Source: Rhynchobatus australiae (Eukaryota). From it: a stretch of DNA of 64,000 nt. Location of the stretch: the NCBI GenBank assembly GCA_034780895.1, contig JAUZTB010000135.1, positions 32,145,045 to 32,209,044 on the forward strand, read 5' to 3'. Positions within the stretch are counted from its first letter, which is position 1; each line of letters opens with the position of its first letter. This document shows positions 23,101-38,100 of this stretch, in pieces. Below the pieces are notes generated by a model. The model did not search any database. It had not been told where the DNA came from and worked only from the letters and a program-made list of their open reading frames with translations. The position numbers and the translations under genes were made by a program.

Positions 23101-26100
23101 CATTGATAATTGATGAAATTGATGTCACGGATGCTTTTGGGTGTGGCAGACACTCCGGAACAAAGAAATGGAGTTCACTTTGTTGTTGACCTGTAGAAGG
23201 AAACAGGTATTTGTGTGGATGGCCACAATTCAAATGCTTTTCGGGGTGAGGAAGTCACTACCGAGTAGACACAGAGGCATCATTTGGGTTCCAGAGTGGA
23301 ACATTCAAGAGCCTTTCGGGGTGAGAAAGATGCAGTGAAGTCGTCACTGCTGAGTAAACACTGAGTCGGTTGGGTTCTATAATGGAANNNNNNNNNNNNN
23401 NNNNNNNNNNNNNNNNNNNNNNNNNNNNNNNNNNNNNNNNNNNNNNNNNNNNNNNNNNNNNNNNNNNNNNNNNNNNNNNNNNNNNNNACGTTTTATCTCC
23501 AGACAACGGTGGTTGTTGAAGAAGCCTTTACTCATGTTTCACCTTATGGCTTGCTGAACTGAACATTAAGAACCATTCCTGGATGTGGAGTTTGGGAATT
23601 TGCCACACACACTACGAATTTAGTTAGTTTTGGGGTTAACGTTCAAGGTTTAACATTTTTACTTCTAACATCCTAACATTTTTATTTTTCTTATTATCAT
23701 AAGTAGTTATTAAAGTATATAGTGCTTCACAGGAACATTATTAAGCAAAATCTGACATGGAAAATATTAGCTCAGGTAATCAAAAGCTTGGCCAAAGACA
23801 GGGATCTTAAGGAAGAAAAAGGTGGATAAGTGAAAGAAGGGAATTCCAAGTCTTGGGGTTAAGGAGCCAAATGGGTGTCAGCAATGGAGCAAAAGAAACT
23901 GAAATTTTGCAAGAGGCCAGCAAATTCCTGATTTAAGCAAAAAATTTCACAGTAATTCTTGATTCCTAAAAGATTACTTCAAATTACTGATTGAAACCAT
24001 AGAACAGTTTAAACAAATAGAACATTGTTTCATAGTAGTGTAGTGGTTAGCATAATGCTATTATAGTACCAGAGACCCAGGTTCAATTCCTGCCATTGTC
24101 TGTAAGGAGTTGTTACGTTCTCCCCATGTCTGCATGGGGTTGCTCTGGCTTCCTCCCACATTCCAAAGACGTGCAGGTTAGGAGCCACGAGCATGCTACA
24201 CTGGCGTCGGAAGAGTGGCGACACTTGTGGGCTGGCCCCAGCACATTCTCAGTAATGCAAAAAGATGCATTTCATTGCATGTTTCAATGTACATGTGACT
24301 AATAAATATCTATCTTATGATTTTCTTATTTCTGGGAGGAAGCAAATAGAGAAGGCTCTGGAGAATCTTCTCCCCCCCCCCATTCTATTTATTTAATGAA
24401 TGTGAAAAGGCATAATTTAACACATTTAAAACAAATCAGTTTATTTTAGTCAGAACTTCATAATTCAGTTCACTTCACTGGGTGATGTGGAATGTACAAC
24501 TTGAAGGAACAATGAGGGGAGCAGCATGTATTTGAAGGGGATCTAGAAAAGCTAAGGAAGGATGAAAGGAGTACAAGGATATGATTATACAGAAGGGAGT
24601 TTTGGAAGGGGCTCAAATGGCACATTAGCACCAGTATGGATCAATTAGGATTAATGGCTTGTTTCTGCACTGCACATTCCACATTATTAATTCTTACCAA
24701 TCTCGCCATTCTTTTTAAAGTCTTGTTCTGCATGTGGGAAAATCTTTTCCAACACGTCTAGAATTCTACTGAAGGTGTTCTCCAGGAGTGGCCTGGCAAC
24801 AAACGACAGTGCCTGTGCAGGAGAGGCCACTGTCCGCTGAGAAGCAGGCATGATCTTTTGCATGGCCTTCACAAAATCTCGTGCCATGATGTTTATGGAA
24901 GATACATCTAGCAGCAATTTCTCAGTGGTGACGTAAATCTGGGGGTACCGACGACGCAAGGCACACAGTGCTGCTTCAGCACAGACAGATTTAATATCGG
25001 CACCACAATAACCTATGGCAGAGAAGAGATTAGTTAATTGATGTTAATATTCATGAGGCATTAGTTTAAATAGGCACATTCACATACAAACTGAATGCTC
25101 ACCTACACACTTCTCTGCTAGTTCCTGGAGAAATGCATCTGATGGCTTTGGACTCCAGTCCCTGGTATGGATTTTCAAAATCTCTTTACGGGCCTTTAAG
25201 CAAATTGGAAGGTACAGATTAAGCAAATGAATAAATTCAAGCCCTGATGAAAATCTCACTGTTATTTCAGTGAAACTTGATATCATGCTAATGCAAATAG
25301 TGNNNNNNNNNNNNNNNNNNNNNNNNNNNNNNNNNNNNNNNNNNNNNNNNNNNNNNNNNNNNNNNNNNNNNNNNNNNNNNNNNNNNNNNNNNNNNNNNNN
25401 NNNNNNNNNNNNNNNNNNNNNNNNNNNNNNNNNNNNNNNNNNNNNNNNNNNNNNNNNNNNNNNNNNNNNNNNNNNNNNNNNNNNNNNNNNNNNNNNNNNN
25501 NNNNNNNNNNNNNNNNNNNNNNNNNNNNNNNNNNNNNNNNNNNNNNNNNNNNNNNNNNNNNNNNNNNNNNNNNNNNNNNNNNNNNNNNNNNNNNNNNNNN
25601 NNNNNNNNNNNNNNNNNNNNNNNNNNNNNNNNNNNNNNNNNNNNNNNNNNNNNNNNNNNNNNNNNNNNNNNNNNNNNNNNNNNNNNNNNNNNNNNNNNNN
25701 NNNNNNNNNNNNNNNNNNNNNNNNNNNNNNNTGGGCCAGCAACATGACTCTATCACAGATGCCAAATGGCACAGAAATCACAGAACACCTTGCCAGAATA
25801 ATCAAATCAAACAACCCTTTCTTTTTAGAAACCAGAAAGGAACGTTCTTCACATTGATCCATTATACAAGACAACTTACTAATACCCGAACACTTACATC
25901 TTTGTCTGGGAGACCAAAAAGAAATTCCCTATCAAACCGCCCAGGTCTTCTTAAAGCAGGATCAATGGAATCCAGTCTGTTCGTTGCCCCAATCACCACA
26001 ATCTCACCCCTGCTATCCAGCCCATCCATCAATGCCAGCAAAGTAGAAACTATGGAACTGAAAAAAAATCGTAACATTAAAATATCATTACACCAGTTCA

Positions 26101-29100
26101 ACTAAAGTTATAAACACACTACAATTGAAGCCCAGACTTGCACTTGGATGTTTATGAGATTTAAGTTTAAAGGCACTATAGTAAAAATTACAGGATAAGT
26201 TTTTTTTTCCTCCGAAGACCCAAAAATAAGCATACTCAATAAGTCCATAAATTAATTTCAAAATAGACAGTGTGCATCATTGCTTCTAAATAAATTTAGA
26301 GCCCACCACACTCTACATTCTGTCATAAATATCAGGCTCGCTCTTTTAACCACAAGAAAAATTGATGTATCAAAATGGGGGAAATATCCAAATATAAAAA
26401 ATAAATATATCCAATAAACTCTTTCTTGAAAAATATAACTACTAACAAGTGGAAAAAATGGGTACTGGAACAGGATATTTGGTTGCCTGATCTTGCTCTG
26501 TCATTCAAGATCATAGCTAATCTTCTGTCACTACTCCACCTTCCAGACATATCCCCATGTTCAGTATTACCCAAAAATCCATCACAGCCTTGCATGTACT
26601 CATCAGCCAAGCATCCAAAACTCTAAGGTACAGAATTCAAGATTTGCAGACTATTCCCCCACTACACCACCTACAGCAGCTCCATTTCTGTTTTGATAAA
26701 TGCGACAAGATTGACCTCTAAAACACATAACATGAGCTTTTATCAGATCCCCAGCAAACAATTTTGCCCTATTTAAAATCCTTCACATGCTTACCTGTGT
26801 ATCTGATCCTGTCTGCTAGAACGAACAGGAGCCAAGCCATCTACTTCGTCAAAGAAAATAATTGAAGGGCGCATAAGATAAGCCTGCAAAATAATGTTGC
26901 TTTAATGAATTTTTTCCAACAAAACTTCTAAATAAATTGAGATTCCAACTTAGCTGTTCTTGAGAAATTTTAAAAACAGCATGAAAGAACACAAGTGATT
27001 ACAAAGGAAGTGTTGGATGCAGGATTCTTCAGTGCTCAATGCTGGGCCCATTGCTCGAGATGAATTATTTTGAATTGTGAATGGAAGTATAACTATTTGG
27101 TAGGTACAGANNNNNNNNNNNNNNNNNNNNNNNNNNNNNNNNNNNNNNNNNNNNNNNNNNNNNNNNNNNNNNNNNNNNNNNNNNNNNNNNNNNNNNNNNN
27201 NNNNNNNNNNGGTAGGTACAGAAAATAGGGGATTTAGCCACAGAGTGATCTCAGACAAAATCGCATACAGGAAGTGTGGAGGAATAAATGCAGGAGCTAA
27301 AACAGGGAATGGTAATGCCCATATATTCAGCTACAAAGTGCTGGAAGATGTTTAAGTTACAAAACTCCCTGAACACAAGTGTATGTAAACAAGATCATAA
27401 AAGGTTCACCAGCATTTTATGCTTGAGCACAAGTCTCTACAATGCAATAATTATGCACTTATTCACTTACTAGACTGGCATCACTGGCAAAGACACAGAG
27501 CCTATTCCTTATTGATTTCTTAGACTATAGGGAGCAGTTATGAGTCTAAAATATTGTTGTGGGTCAGTAGTCACAAAATTTCCTTCACTGAAGAATATGA
27601 ATGAATCATACGGGCTTTCATGACTATCTCAGTTTCATGGCTACCAATACAATTTATTCAGTTTATTGAATTTACAAGTCCAGCAGTATTACAACATGAG
27701 AAGAGCCTATTCACCACCTTGTGTATATTCTGTCATTCAAGGCCATGGTCGATCTTTTACCTCAACATCACATTCCTGCACCAACACTATATCCTTTGAT
27801 TCCCTTACTCTTCAAAAGTCCAGTGATCTTGGACTTTAATTCATTGACTGATCCACCACAACCCTCTTCAGTACACAATTCCAAAGATTCATCCTCTCAG
27901 TGAGGTAATTTCTCATTTCAGTCTTAAAATAAGGGGTAGGCCATTCAAGACCGTGGGGCGNNNNNNNNNNNNNNNNNNNNNNNNNNNNNNNNNNNNNNNN
28001 NNNNNNNNNNNNNNNNNNNNNNNNNNNNNNNNNNNNNNNNNNNNNNNNNNNNNNNNNNNNTAAAATAAGGGGTAGGCCATTCAAGCCAGGGCCCCCCCCC
28101 CCCCCCACACACACACAATGGTTCAAGACATTAAAGATCTCAGGCAAGGATTCTGGGTAACTCCATACAAACAACATCCGAGGTCAGGATAGAAACTGGG
28201 TCTGAGGCAGCAGCACTAACTGCTAGGCCACCATGATATCCTGGCAAAGACAGGATAGGAAAGACAGCATACTCAGCTTTCAGGATGACAGATGACAACA
28301 CCTGTTTAAAACACAAGCTCCAAAACCAGCCCAAAACAGTTTTCAAATAAATAATCCTTGATGGTGCAACAAGACTTGTCCTTTTACACTATGGGGCTAC
28401 TTGCACCGGCCTTGGGCAAGTGTTATCCTTTACACACCACTTTAAAGAGTGTAAACAATCTCCTATTCACTGTTTAATGAGCTAGTTAGCAGCTCAAAGA
28501 AATTAGACATCAAATGTCCAAAATACCAATTTGAAAAATCAAACATTCTAATTACCTGATCAAAAAGTAACCGAAGCTGTCGTTCAGATTCCCCTACCCA
28601 TTTACTGAGGCAGTCTGCACCCTTTCGCATGAAGAAGGACACTCGCCGATCTCCCTGGCTGCACTCATTAGCCAAGGCTCTGGCAACAAGGGTCTTCCCT
28701 GTCCCAGGAGGACCATAGAATAAGCAGCCTCTAGAAAGAGAAACAGTACTTTTAAAGTTCTTTTTTTTGAAGGAAAACATCTTAAAGCAACTATTAGTTC
28801 AGATCTTGTAGATTCAATCCTACTTATTGCACCAATCAGGAGCAATGAATAAAACATGACTCAAATTAACCACACTGACAGTTGGAAAGAGTGAAAAATA
28901 AAAGCATTTCCCAGATTTTCTTAAACAATTAAATAAAATTTTCCATTGGTTATTCTTTATTTCCTACAATTTTAATAAATGTATAATTCTCACTAAAAAC
29001 AGGAAACATATTCCAACAGATTTAAAAAGTAACAAATCAAGAGCTATTTAATTGTACTTAAAAGGATTTAACTTCTACCTCACCCACAGAATCAGGAGCT

Positions 29101-32100
29101 TAAACTTGAGTCCATCCAAAATTGATTTATCCAAATTCTTATACTTAAAATGAAATACATCATCCAGCCTAGAGTCCATGCCAGCTCTGAGGCAAATAAC
29201 CCTAGTTACACCTTTTCTTATTTGCCATTCCCCCTTTTATTCTTTTGCACACATGCCATTAACCTCCTCTGATCCTTTGTGCCATTAACCCATGCAAAAG
29301 AGATCATTTACAGTAACTATCTTTGGGATGTGGATAGAAACCAGAACACCTGGTTTCAGAGGTTACTCCATACAAACAACACCTGAGGTCAGGACAGAAC
29401 TTGAGTCTGAGGCAGCAGCACTAATTGCTAGACCACCATGTGAGCCACTAATTCTATTCACCTATTGTCCCAGTCTTCACTGACCTACACTGGCAAACTT
29501 GATCTTATTTGTACCAAACTACAAATTCTTCCATAGCCTCATTTGTAACCTTCTCCAATTCTACAATCCTACGATAGGTCTCATTTATTCCAGTTCTGGC
29601 CTCTTGCGCATCTTTGGATTTAATCACTTTTATTAGCAGCTATGTCTTCACCCATTAAGGTCATAAGCACTGGAACTCCTGTAAACTTGTCTCACACTTG
29701 TCCATTAAAAGGCTGCTAATAGCGTAATGCATTGCCAAGATTTGGATTACTTATTTGAATATCTCTTGTAGCTCCATGTAAAATTTTGTTTGACAATAAT
29801 CCTGTGAAAGGCTTTGGAATGCTTTACTACTTTAAAAATGCTTTACAAAAATCACATTGTTGTTAAACTGCAATTGCTCAAGTAGCAATGGTACAGCACA
29901 TAGTTCAGTACATGAAGGATCTGAGACATGGAATGGTACAAGATAGAAGGGAAACACCCACTAGTCCAAAACAGAGCTGGAACATACAAATTGAGAGTAA
30001 TTTTGTATATTCATAACTAAGTGGACTCTCTCATTTCCAAAGAACAAGTTCAAAAGATCAGCCTATTAGTAGCTATACAACTTATTGTAAGTACTTAACA
30101 ACCCATAAACAGTACAAGTAGAAAGATTAGGTTAAGATTAAACATAGCACCTTGGATGTTAAATCTAGAAGAAACCCAGGTGTGGAGTTTACAGATTAGC
30201 AGAGGTAGACAAGTACAGCAAGATCTCAGGTCAGACATTTAAAAAAAATGAAGCTTTAAATTCTCTCAGCATTCTGACCCAATATTTCAATCTGCAGTAG
30301 TATCACACCCATTTAAATTGATTAAGTGACCTTCCTGTACCTTGGAGGCTGAATCTTAAACCTTTCAAAGACTTCAGGGTAAAGCAATGGAAAAACCACC
30401 ATCTCCTTCAGTGCAGCAATATGGCTTGTGAGTCCACCCACACTACTGAAACCGACCTAAAGGGAAATAATTGTTAAAAGAGGTACATGTTGCTAAGTTT
30501 ATTTCCCACAATTAAAAAAATAATTTTGGTATCATAGAAGCAGCCATGGTTTATTGCACATCTATGCCTTGTGAATGAGGTAGTTCTTAAACCACTTACA
30601 GTTCTTTGGTGGACTTCACACTTCTAAGGGTCTGGGATCATACACAAGCCAGGATGAACAGGTGATGTTTTTAAACATCAATTTCCACATACATTTTACT
30701 TGAGTTTATTTCATGAACTGAATTTAAATTCCCAGATATCATGGTAGAATCCAAGACAATTCCAAATCATTAGTTCAGGCCTGTAGGGTAATAGTTCACA
30801 ATATACTACCCAAATGTAGTACACCTCTTAAATCAATTTTAACAGTAAACTGAATTGAGGGGTGCACACCCATTTTAGACATTTATATTGTATAGTTAAG
30901 AGTAGGCTTGCCTATTTTCAGCCACTTTGCTCTGCCAAATTAGGCGGCAAATTTCACGTGGCTCGAGTAAACCTTTCAAATACATTTATTCGATCACTGG
31001 ACCTTTATCTAACCTATGCTTAATGACCCTCTGTTACTTCTTTTATAGTCTACTTAAACACCAATTTTAATCTGTTAAACCTCTAACACCAATTATACTT
31101 TAAAACAAAAGGCATTTTAAATACAAAGTTAAGACACCATTAAAGAATAAACTAGAATTTGTCATACATATCCACATATTTGTAAACCTAGCTAACCCTT
31201 GGTACAAATGTTCAAAAACTCCACACCGTGAGGAAGATAACTGCCTTTTATCCATTCAGTATCAGAAAGACTGAAAAACAAATTCTTTCCTGAGAAAATG
31301 TATGGCACTCGGGCCTAATCAATTCAGGATTAAGCCATTCTGTAACCAGAATCAAGTGGCCTGGAGGGGATCAAGGTGAAGCAACCAGGTGAATTGTACA
31401 CAGGTAGTCTGAGGACTGTCTCAGGTTTTAACGCAGTCCTTTGTGATGTTAATTCCCAGACAGAGCAATGAGAGGCTACAATAAGCATTGTCATAAAAGG
31501 GAAGGATGTGTGGGGAAAGAGTCAAAACTTTACAAGTTAGCAAGGCAGTTCTTTTAAAGATTGTTCTGGAGGGGGACAATGTGAAATAGTGGAGAAAATG
31601 GAAAAGGAGTTTAAACTCTAAACTATTGCAAATTCTGAAAAGGCACATTAGAAATTAAATATAAAAAGAATATTCTGTCCACATTTCTTTACTGCTTTAA
31701 GTATCAAGAACTCCTGTAATTGAGGAGAAACAATCCCCAAGTATAACGTAATCTTAGGTGGTACACTTTTTCTGGTTCAGCAGCTAAGATGCTTAAACAA
31801 AACCCACGGCTCAAACTCTGCTCTGAAATGAGAATCACTGCCTTGCAAACTCACACCTCAGTTTTATTGGCAGCCAGTGAAAAGAGAATTCAAAACCTGT
31901 GGAACTCAGCCTTGATTCATCCTGAATAAAATAAAAATACTTAGAGCCAATCTTTCTAATCAACAATACCAGGTACAAGTCAACAACATACAAGCAGACG
32001 TGTAAAATTCAAACAAGTTTGAATAGAGATGATTGCACATTGTCTCAAACATTGAGACATTCAAGGACAAAAGATGAAAACTATATACAATTGAGGGAGC

Positions 32101-35100
32101 AGGACAACATCTTGCTTAAATGACTAGTAGATACATCTTTGTCAACCGAGCTTGGAGGTAACTACTAGAAACCTTGGCAAGAGTTCAACAACTTCAAGTT
32201 TCTCCAAGATAAGTAACTCAGGTTATTCTTGTTGCTTCAGCACAAGAGAATCAGAAAATCACAATGGATTAACAGCAACTGCAATGATGACATAGCAAGT
32301 CCAATTCCATTAAGTATTGTCAAGTTAGATGCTTTAATTTGATAAAAAAGTTGACGGGAAAAGTGATGAAAATCTTAGAAAGCCCAAACTTCCTTAACTT
32401 ACAGAAGTGTCAATTTGCATTGGATCCACATCTGCCAGGCTAGCACCTATTTTCATCCGATCTCTGTGAATTCCTTTCATGTCATCTTTCCTAACATTCA
32501 GTGGGAGACATCTAGAAATATACAACAGTGGGACTGTAAACAAAAGCTTGTATTCCCATATTTGTATGTGTAACAGGAAGCAATTTATACAGAGATTATC
32601 TTAAAAGGGCAAATTATTTAAACAACATTCAAAATACCAGTAAATTACTTTGATAGTATTGCCAAGATTTTGGAAGCCTACAAAAAGCTTACCCCAAAAG
32701 CTGTCAAGTACCCTTACACCATCCCTTAGCACTTAGGATTTCTACATTAGTTATGTGACAAAAATAGAATATTCCTTCTTTAGATTTTGTAAGAAACATG
32801 ATATGAATAAAAATAAACAATGTGGAAACATTCAGGTCAGACAGCAACTTCAGACAATAGTTAGCATTTCAGAAAAGTTATCTTTCAAAAGGCTTTGGGT
32901 GATTCAGAATACTTCTCACTCCACGTTGTCTGATGTGTTTAGTGTTTTACTATTTTCTGTTGTCTCTTTTGAGATGTTGCTTCTCAACCTCATTTGCACA
33001 GTCCCGCAAACAATTTTGCAACTATTTTTTCCTCACAACTTGAATGTCATCTGTCCTTCGCTCTCTTCTACCCACAGTCGAGCTTGTAACTTGAGCAGGG
33101 GCAGATGTGCTCATTTCTGGTCATTCCCATCCACAATTTACAGCCCACACAAGAAATTTTCCTTAGAAGTTCAGAATTATGAGTAACATTAATTCCTTGA
33201 CTTGTGACTAGTAATCTGAATTCACACACCATAGCTCTCACAGAAACCATTACCTTCTTCCAGTTGAAATCTATCCATTAGTTTCACACTAAAGTGATGA
33301 CCTCATTTAAATGGTTTCATTTGCTGCATCTGTTGGTCTCTGAGCATTATCCTGTATTCTTTACTGTAGGACTGATTTATATTCAAAAACAATGTCCTAC
33401 AGTTATGATGCAAATCTTTTCTTAAAATAATGCAAATGACATCATAAAGCTCAATNNNNNNNNNNNNNNNNNNNNNNNNNNNNNNNNNNNNNNNNNNNNN
33501 NNNNNNNNNNNNNNNNNNNNNNNNNNNNNNNNNNNNNNNNNNNNNNNNNNNNNNNNAAAGCAAGCCACTTTTCCATAGGTAATACTAAATCACAATGGCA
33601 CCTATTCAGTGTTACAAGTCAGTCATAGCAGAGGGGAATGACATGAAATAAAGCAGAGCTAGCATGATAGATGAGAATGATTTCAGCATAAGGTTTCTTT
33701 TTCCTCCACACCCAATTCACTACAAATGTAATTTAAAAGATTTCCACAAGTGGTACAACTTAATGCCTTGAAATACAACAAACTACAATTTAAACAAGAT
33801 TGTTTCACAAATTTCCAAATGACATACCTCAAAAGTGCTCTGCTCCTTGTTTTGCTTCTTCTTCTCTCAAAGTGCCCCTCTTCCTCATCAGAAGATGAAG
33901 ATGAAGATGAGGTCGAATCACTGCTGTGTATTGCATGTCTTCGCCTTCAAGTAGTAAAAGTGTGTATTGTTAGCTTGAAACCTTCACACATTAACAGAAT
34001 GCTTTGCAGCAGCCCACCACAGCTACTCAAATAGCAGCTCCAAAACCAACCTCCACCAATTAGGTCAAAGGCAGCAAGAACATAGGAATGCTCCCACCTG
34101 CAGGCTCCCCTCTAAGTCACATGCTATCTTATGTTAGAAATATATTGCACTCTCTTTATTACAGATGAGTCATGGTATGTGCTCCTTAATGGCAAGGAGT
34201 AGAGCAAGGTGAAAGCTTTGGCTCAAACCACCTCCTCAAAGGCAATGAATGCTGACTTTGCTAGCTTTTAGCATTTATTGATGAAACCAGCATAAAACAT
34301 TGTCAATTTTTTTTCCTTGGACTATGGAACAAAAAGTATACCTCAAGATTAAGAATTACGCTGAAGCCAGTACAGATTCCCCCTCTGCTAACATTGAACT
34401 GTGTAGCACAGGAACAGGCCCTTCAGCCCACAATGTCAACACCGAACCTGATGCCAAACTAAACTAAATCTCTTCTGCTACACATAATCCATATCCCTTA
34501 ATTCCCTGCATATTCACGTCTATCTAACAGCCTCTCAAATGCCTCTATCGTGTCTGCTTCCACCACCACTCCTGGCAGCCCGTTCCAGGCATTTACTACA
34601 CTACGTAAAAATACTTTCCCCACACATTTCCTTTAACTTTCTCCTTCTCACCTGAAATCGTGTCCTCTAGTATTTGACATTTCTACCCTGGGGAAAAGAT
34701 TCTGACTGTCTACCCTATCTATGCCTCTCAATTTTATGAACTTCCATCAGGTCTCTTAGTGTCTGATGCTCCAGAGAAAACCATCCAAGTTTGTCCAACC
34801 TCTCCTTATAGCTTTTACCCTCTAATCCAGGGGTTACATTTCATAAGAACCATTTGTTACACAAAATTCCTTATAGCAGGGGGTACAACAAACCCTTAAC
34901 TTTTGCAGGGTGACACCAGTTGCTGTAGATGGGAAGAAAAGTTAGAAGCTAGTCTCTTGTCCCTAGTAGAGATGCAGCAAATCAAAAGCAAAATTCACTT
35001 GTTCTGACAGAAACAAGCTGAAAGTTATAAGTCATTCATCCAATGATTTTTGTTGCAAGATCACAGAATGCAGATGCTCAAGTATCCTTTCTTCCACCCC

Positions 35101-38100
35101 CACCCATTTTACATATTTTGCACCTTATTTATTTCAGACTTCCTCTCAATCAACCCAAAGACTCAAAAGCTATTGGTTTTCAAGGATCTGTGTTTCAAAG
35201 GCAGTATCCAAATGTTTTCCCTAACCTTCGTTGTAGTGAACGGAACATTTCCTAAGTGACAAACTACATTTAGTAAAACCCTTTTTTTGTAGCAAAGACT
35301 TAAGTGAATGTCCACTAACAAGGGAAGACCCACACTTACAGTTTTCCTACTTTGTACAACAGAAGCCATTAGTACTTTCTGACTATAAGCGAACATATAG
35401 CATCAGAAACACTAAAAAGTTTTAATGGCAACACACTTGGTCAGAATTAAACTGACATACAAAATGTTTGAACCACCCTGATTACAAAGACATTTTGTCA
35501 TGGTTAAACTTTTCTTAGCAATAAGATCAGTGATTAACTTTTGTTACAAACCTGGTTATTTTTCTCTTGCAGTAGGGACTACGAGAGCCTGAAGCACTAA
35601 ATCGATATCTTTGTCTTACAGGAGAAGTGGGACCACGATAAAATATGGTTCGTTTTCTTTCTGGTTCTAGTACAAAAATCATAAACCAACCATTTCAGTA
35701 AACTCTCCCAAAACAGAACAAATTGAAGGTAATCCTGAACATATTGTATAACAGTTCAGTTACCCATTGGTCTGCAATTTTATTCCCATAAATGGCAAAA
35801 ATGAGAATTGGCAGAATCACATCTTTAGTCTTAGGAACAAACTTAAAACATTCTGGGGAATTAACAATCTTTTACATTTGGGCAAGATTCAGGCTTTTGC
35901 ATAATTGTATCAAATTTTAGATGGCTGATAAATCATTTCACATATTTTGCCTGTTGGATTTTATAAATTTGGAGCATAATCCGAGTCAGACCTCAGTTCT
36001 GGTCACCATGCAATAGGAAGGATGTGAGAGTGCTGAAGAGGGTGTAGAGGAGATGTTGCCTGGGATGGAGTTCAGTTATGAGACGTGACTGGAGCAATTA
36101 GGACTGTTAAGAGAGGACATAACTGAGGTGTATAAAATTATGAGGGGCATAGAAAGGGTAGTCTGCAGGAAACTTTCACCCACAGACGTAAATAAACTAG
36201 AGGACGTAGATTTAAGGTAAGGGAGAAGAGATAGAGGGGATGAACAGGGACACAAGAGAATGCAGATTCTGGTATCTGGAGCAACAAAGAATTTGCTGAA
36301 GCAACTCAGTGGGTCAAGCAGCATCTGTGTGGGGGTGGGGAGGAATTGTCAATATTTCTGGATAAAACTCTGCATCAGGACTAAGGGATATGAGGGAGTG
36401 GCAAGTACCTGGAATGCACTGCCTGAGTGGTTGAAGCTGGGACACATTTAAGAAGTGTCTAGATGAGTACTTGAAATGTCTAGGACTAGAAGGCTATGGA
36501 CCAAGTGCTGGACCATGCAGTTAATATGGAAGGGATTCCCATGAGTTAGCTTGGACAAGTGGGACCAAATAACCCATTTCCATGCTGTACAATTCTGACT
36601 CATTGATTTACACTGCTGTGTACATCCCAGCAGCCAAATCAGAAATGTCAAAGATCAGAAAGGAGGAAGCCGAAGAAAGAGAGCTTATTATAAGTATTCA
36701 TATATTCCCACGGGAGAAAGAAAAAAGTTAAAAGATTAAAAGTAGACTTGTGTTGGATCACATCAGATGTGAAGCAGATATACCTGGGGCTTGGCATTTC
36801 ACAACAGTTTTCCTTTGGCGTAAATAGTAGCGCTTTGGAGTACCCTCTTCACCATCTTCTTCTCTATCTTCACCCTCTTCAGATAACTCTGATTCAAGAT
36901 TGAATTAATAAACAATTATTTCCCAATTTTCTCTAAGTAGGCAAAGAATAGCTCGCACTTACAACAATTCTTATTAATACAGTGCATTTAATGCAATGGA
37001 ACATTCCAAAGCACTTCATAGGAGCTTTATTAAACAAAGTCTGAGATCAAGCTATATAAAAAAAAGCACACAATAGGACAGATGACTGAAGTCTTGGTCA
37101 ATGAGTGTTGCAAAGCGAGGAAGAAGGGCAGCCAGATTAATGAGGAAATTCCAAAACTTAGCACTCGGGCAACCTAAGGAATGATTGCCAGTAGTGGGTG
37201 ATTAAATTTAGTGAAGATTTAGATGCCAGAATTAAAGTAGCACACATCTTAGATTGTGGTAGGACTGGGAGAGAGAAAACAGGAAAGCCAGAGGGGATTT
37301 AAAAAAAAATATTTAAAAAACACATTGCTTAACCAGAAGGTAGTGCAACTCAACAAACAAAGAGGAGATGGGTGAAAGTAACATAATTCAAGTTAGGACA
37401 CAGAATACATAGATATATAAAGAAAATGCTCAAACTGTAAAGTACTAATTGGACCATAGTTAGAGGACAACATATAGTTCTTACCACATCACAGAAAAGA
37501 CATTAGGCACCAGCAACACACAGAAGCCTATACCACAGGTGCTGGTAATTCAGCCTGCTGTAATTAATGTATATACAGGTTCTTTGAGACTATCTAATTC
37601 AGTCCCACTCATCGACAGCATTTTAAGCAGAAAGGTCTTAATAGTAACTTGATGCAAAATGTGTTAGAAAAATAGAAAGGCTTCTTCAGAGAAGGAAAAC
37701 ACAGGAATGTTTATGCACAACTAGTGTTCCTTACCACCACTCCCATCTTCATGATCCTCTGTGGTTTCTTCATCTATTGTTTGAGTTGTTCTTTTCTTTT
37801 TCACACATGAATACACATCTAGATTCTCCTTTACAAAAGGAAAAGGACAGTATCAATAGCACACCACTGCACAACATTGAAGAGCTTTACCCCTTTGAAA
37901 GGGCCATACCTGGTGTCACTCGGCTCAGTTTTATACCTTGGTTGGAACATCCATGTTTAAAAAAATGATCAGAGCAAAAGAAACATGCATCCCTGAAGTA
38001 CTTTTCACAACACTTTCAGGATAGTCCAAAGCATTTCAGAGCCAATGAATGTCTGAGTTTAAGTACAATTGTAATGTAGGAAATAAGGCAGTCAATTTGT

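Noticed and set aside
24030-24095. tRNA-like sequence with A and B boxes (also ~48135-48200, ~61447-61512)
   Set aside because: Head of a tRNA-derived SINE followed by the SINE body; no complete cloverleaf.
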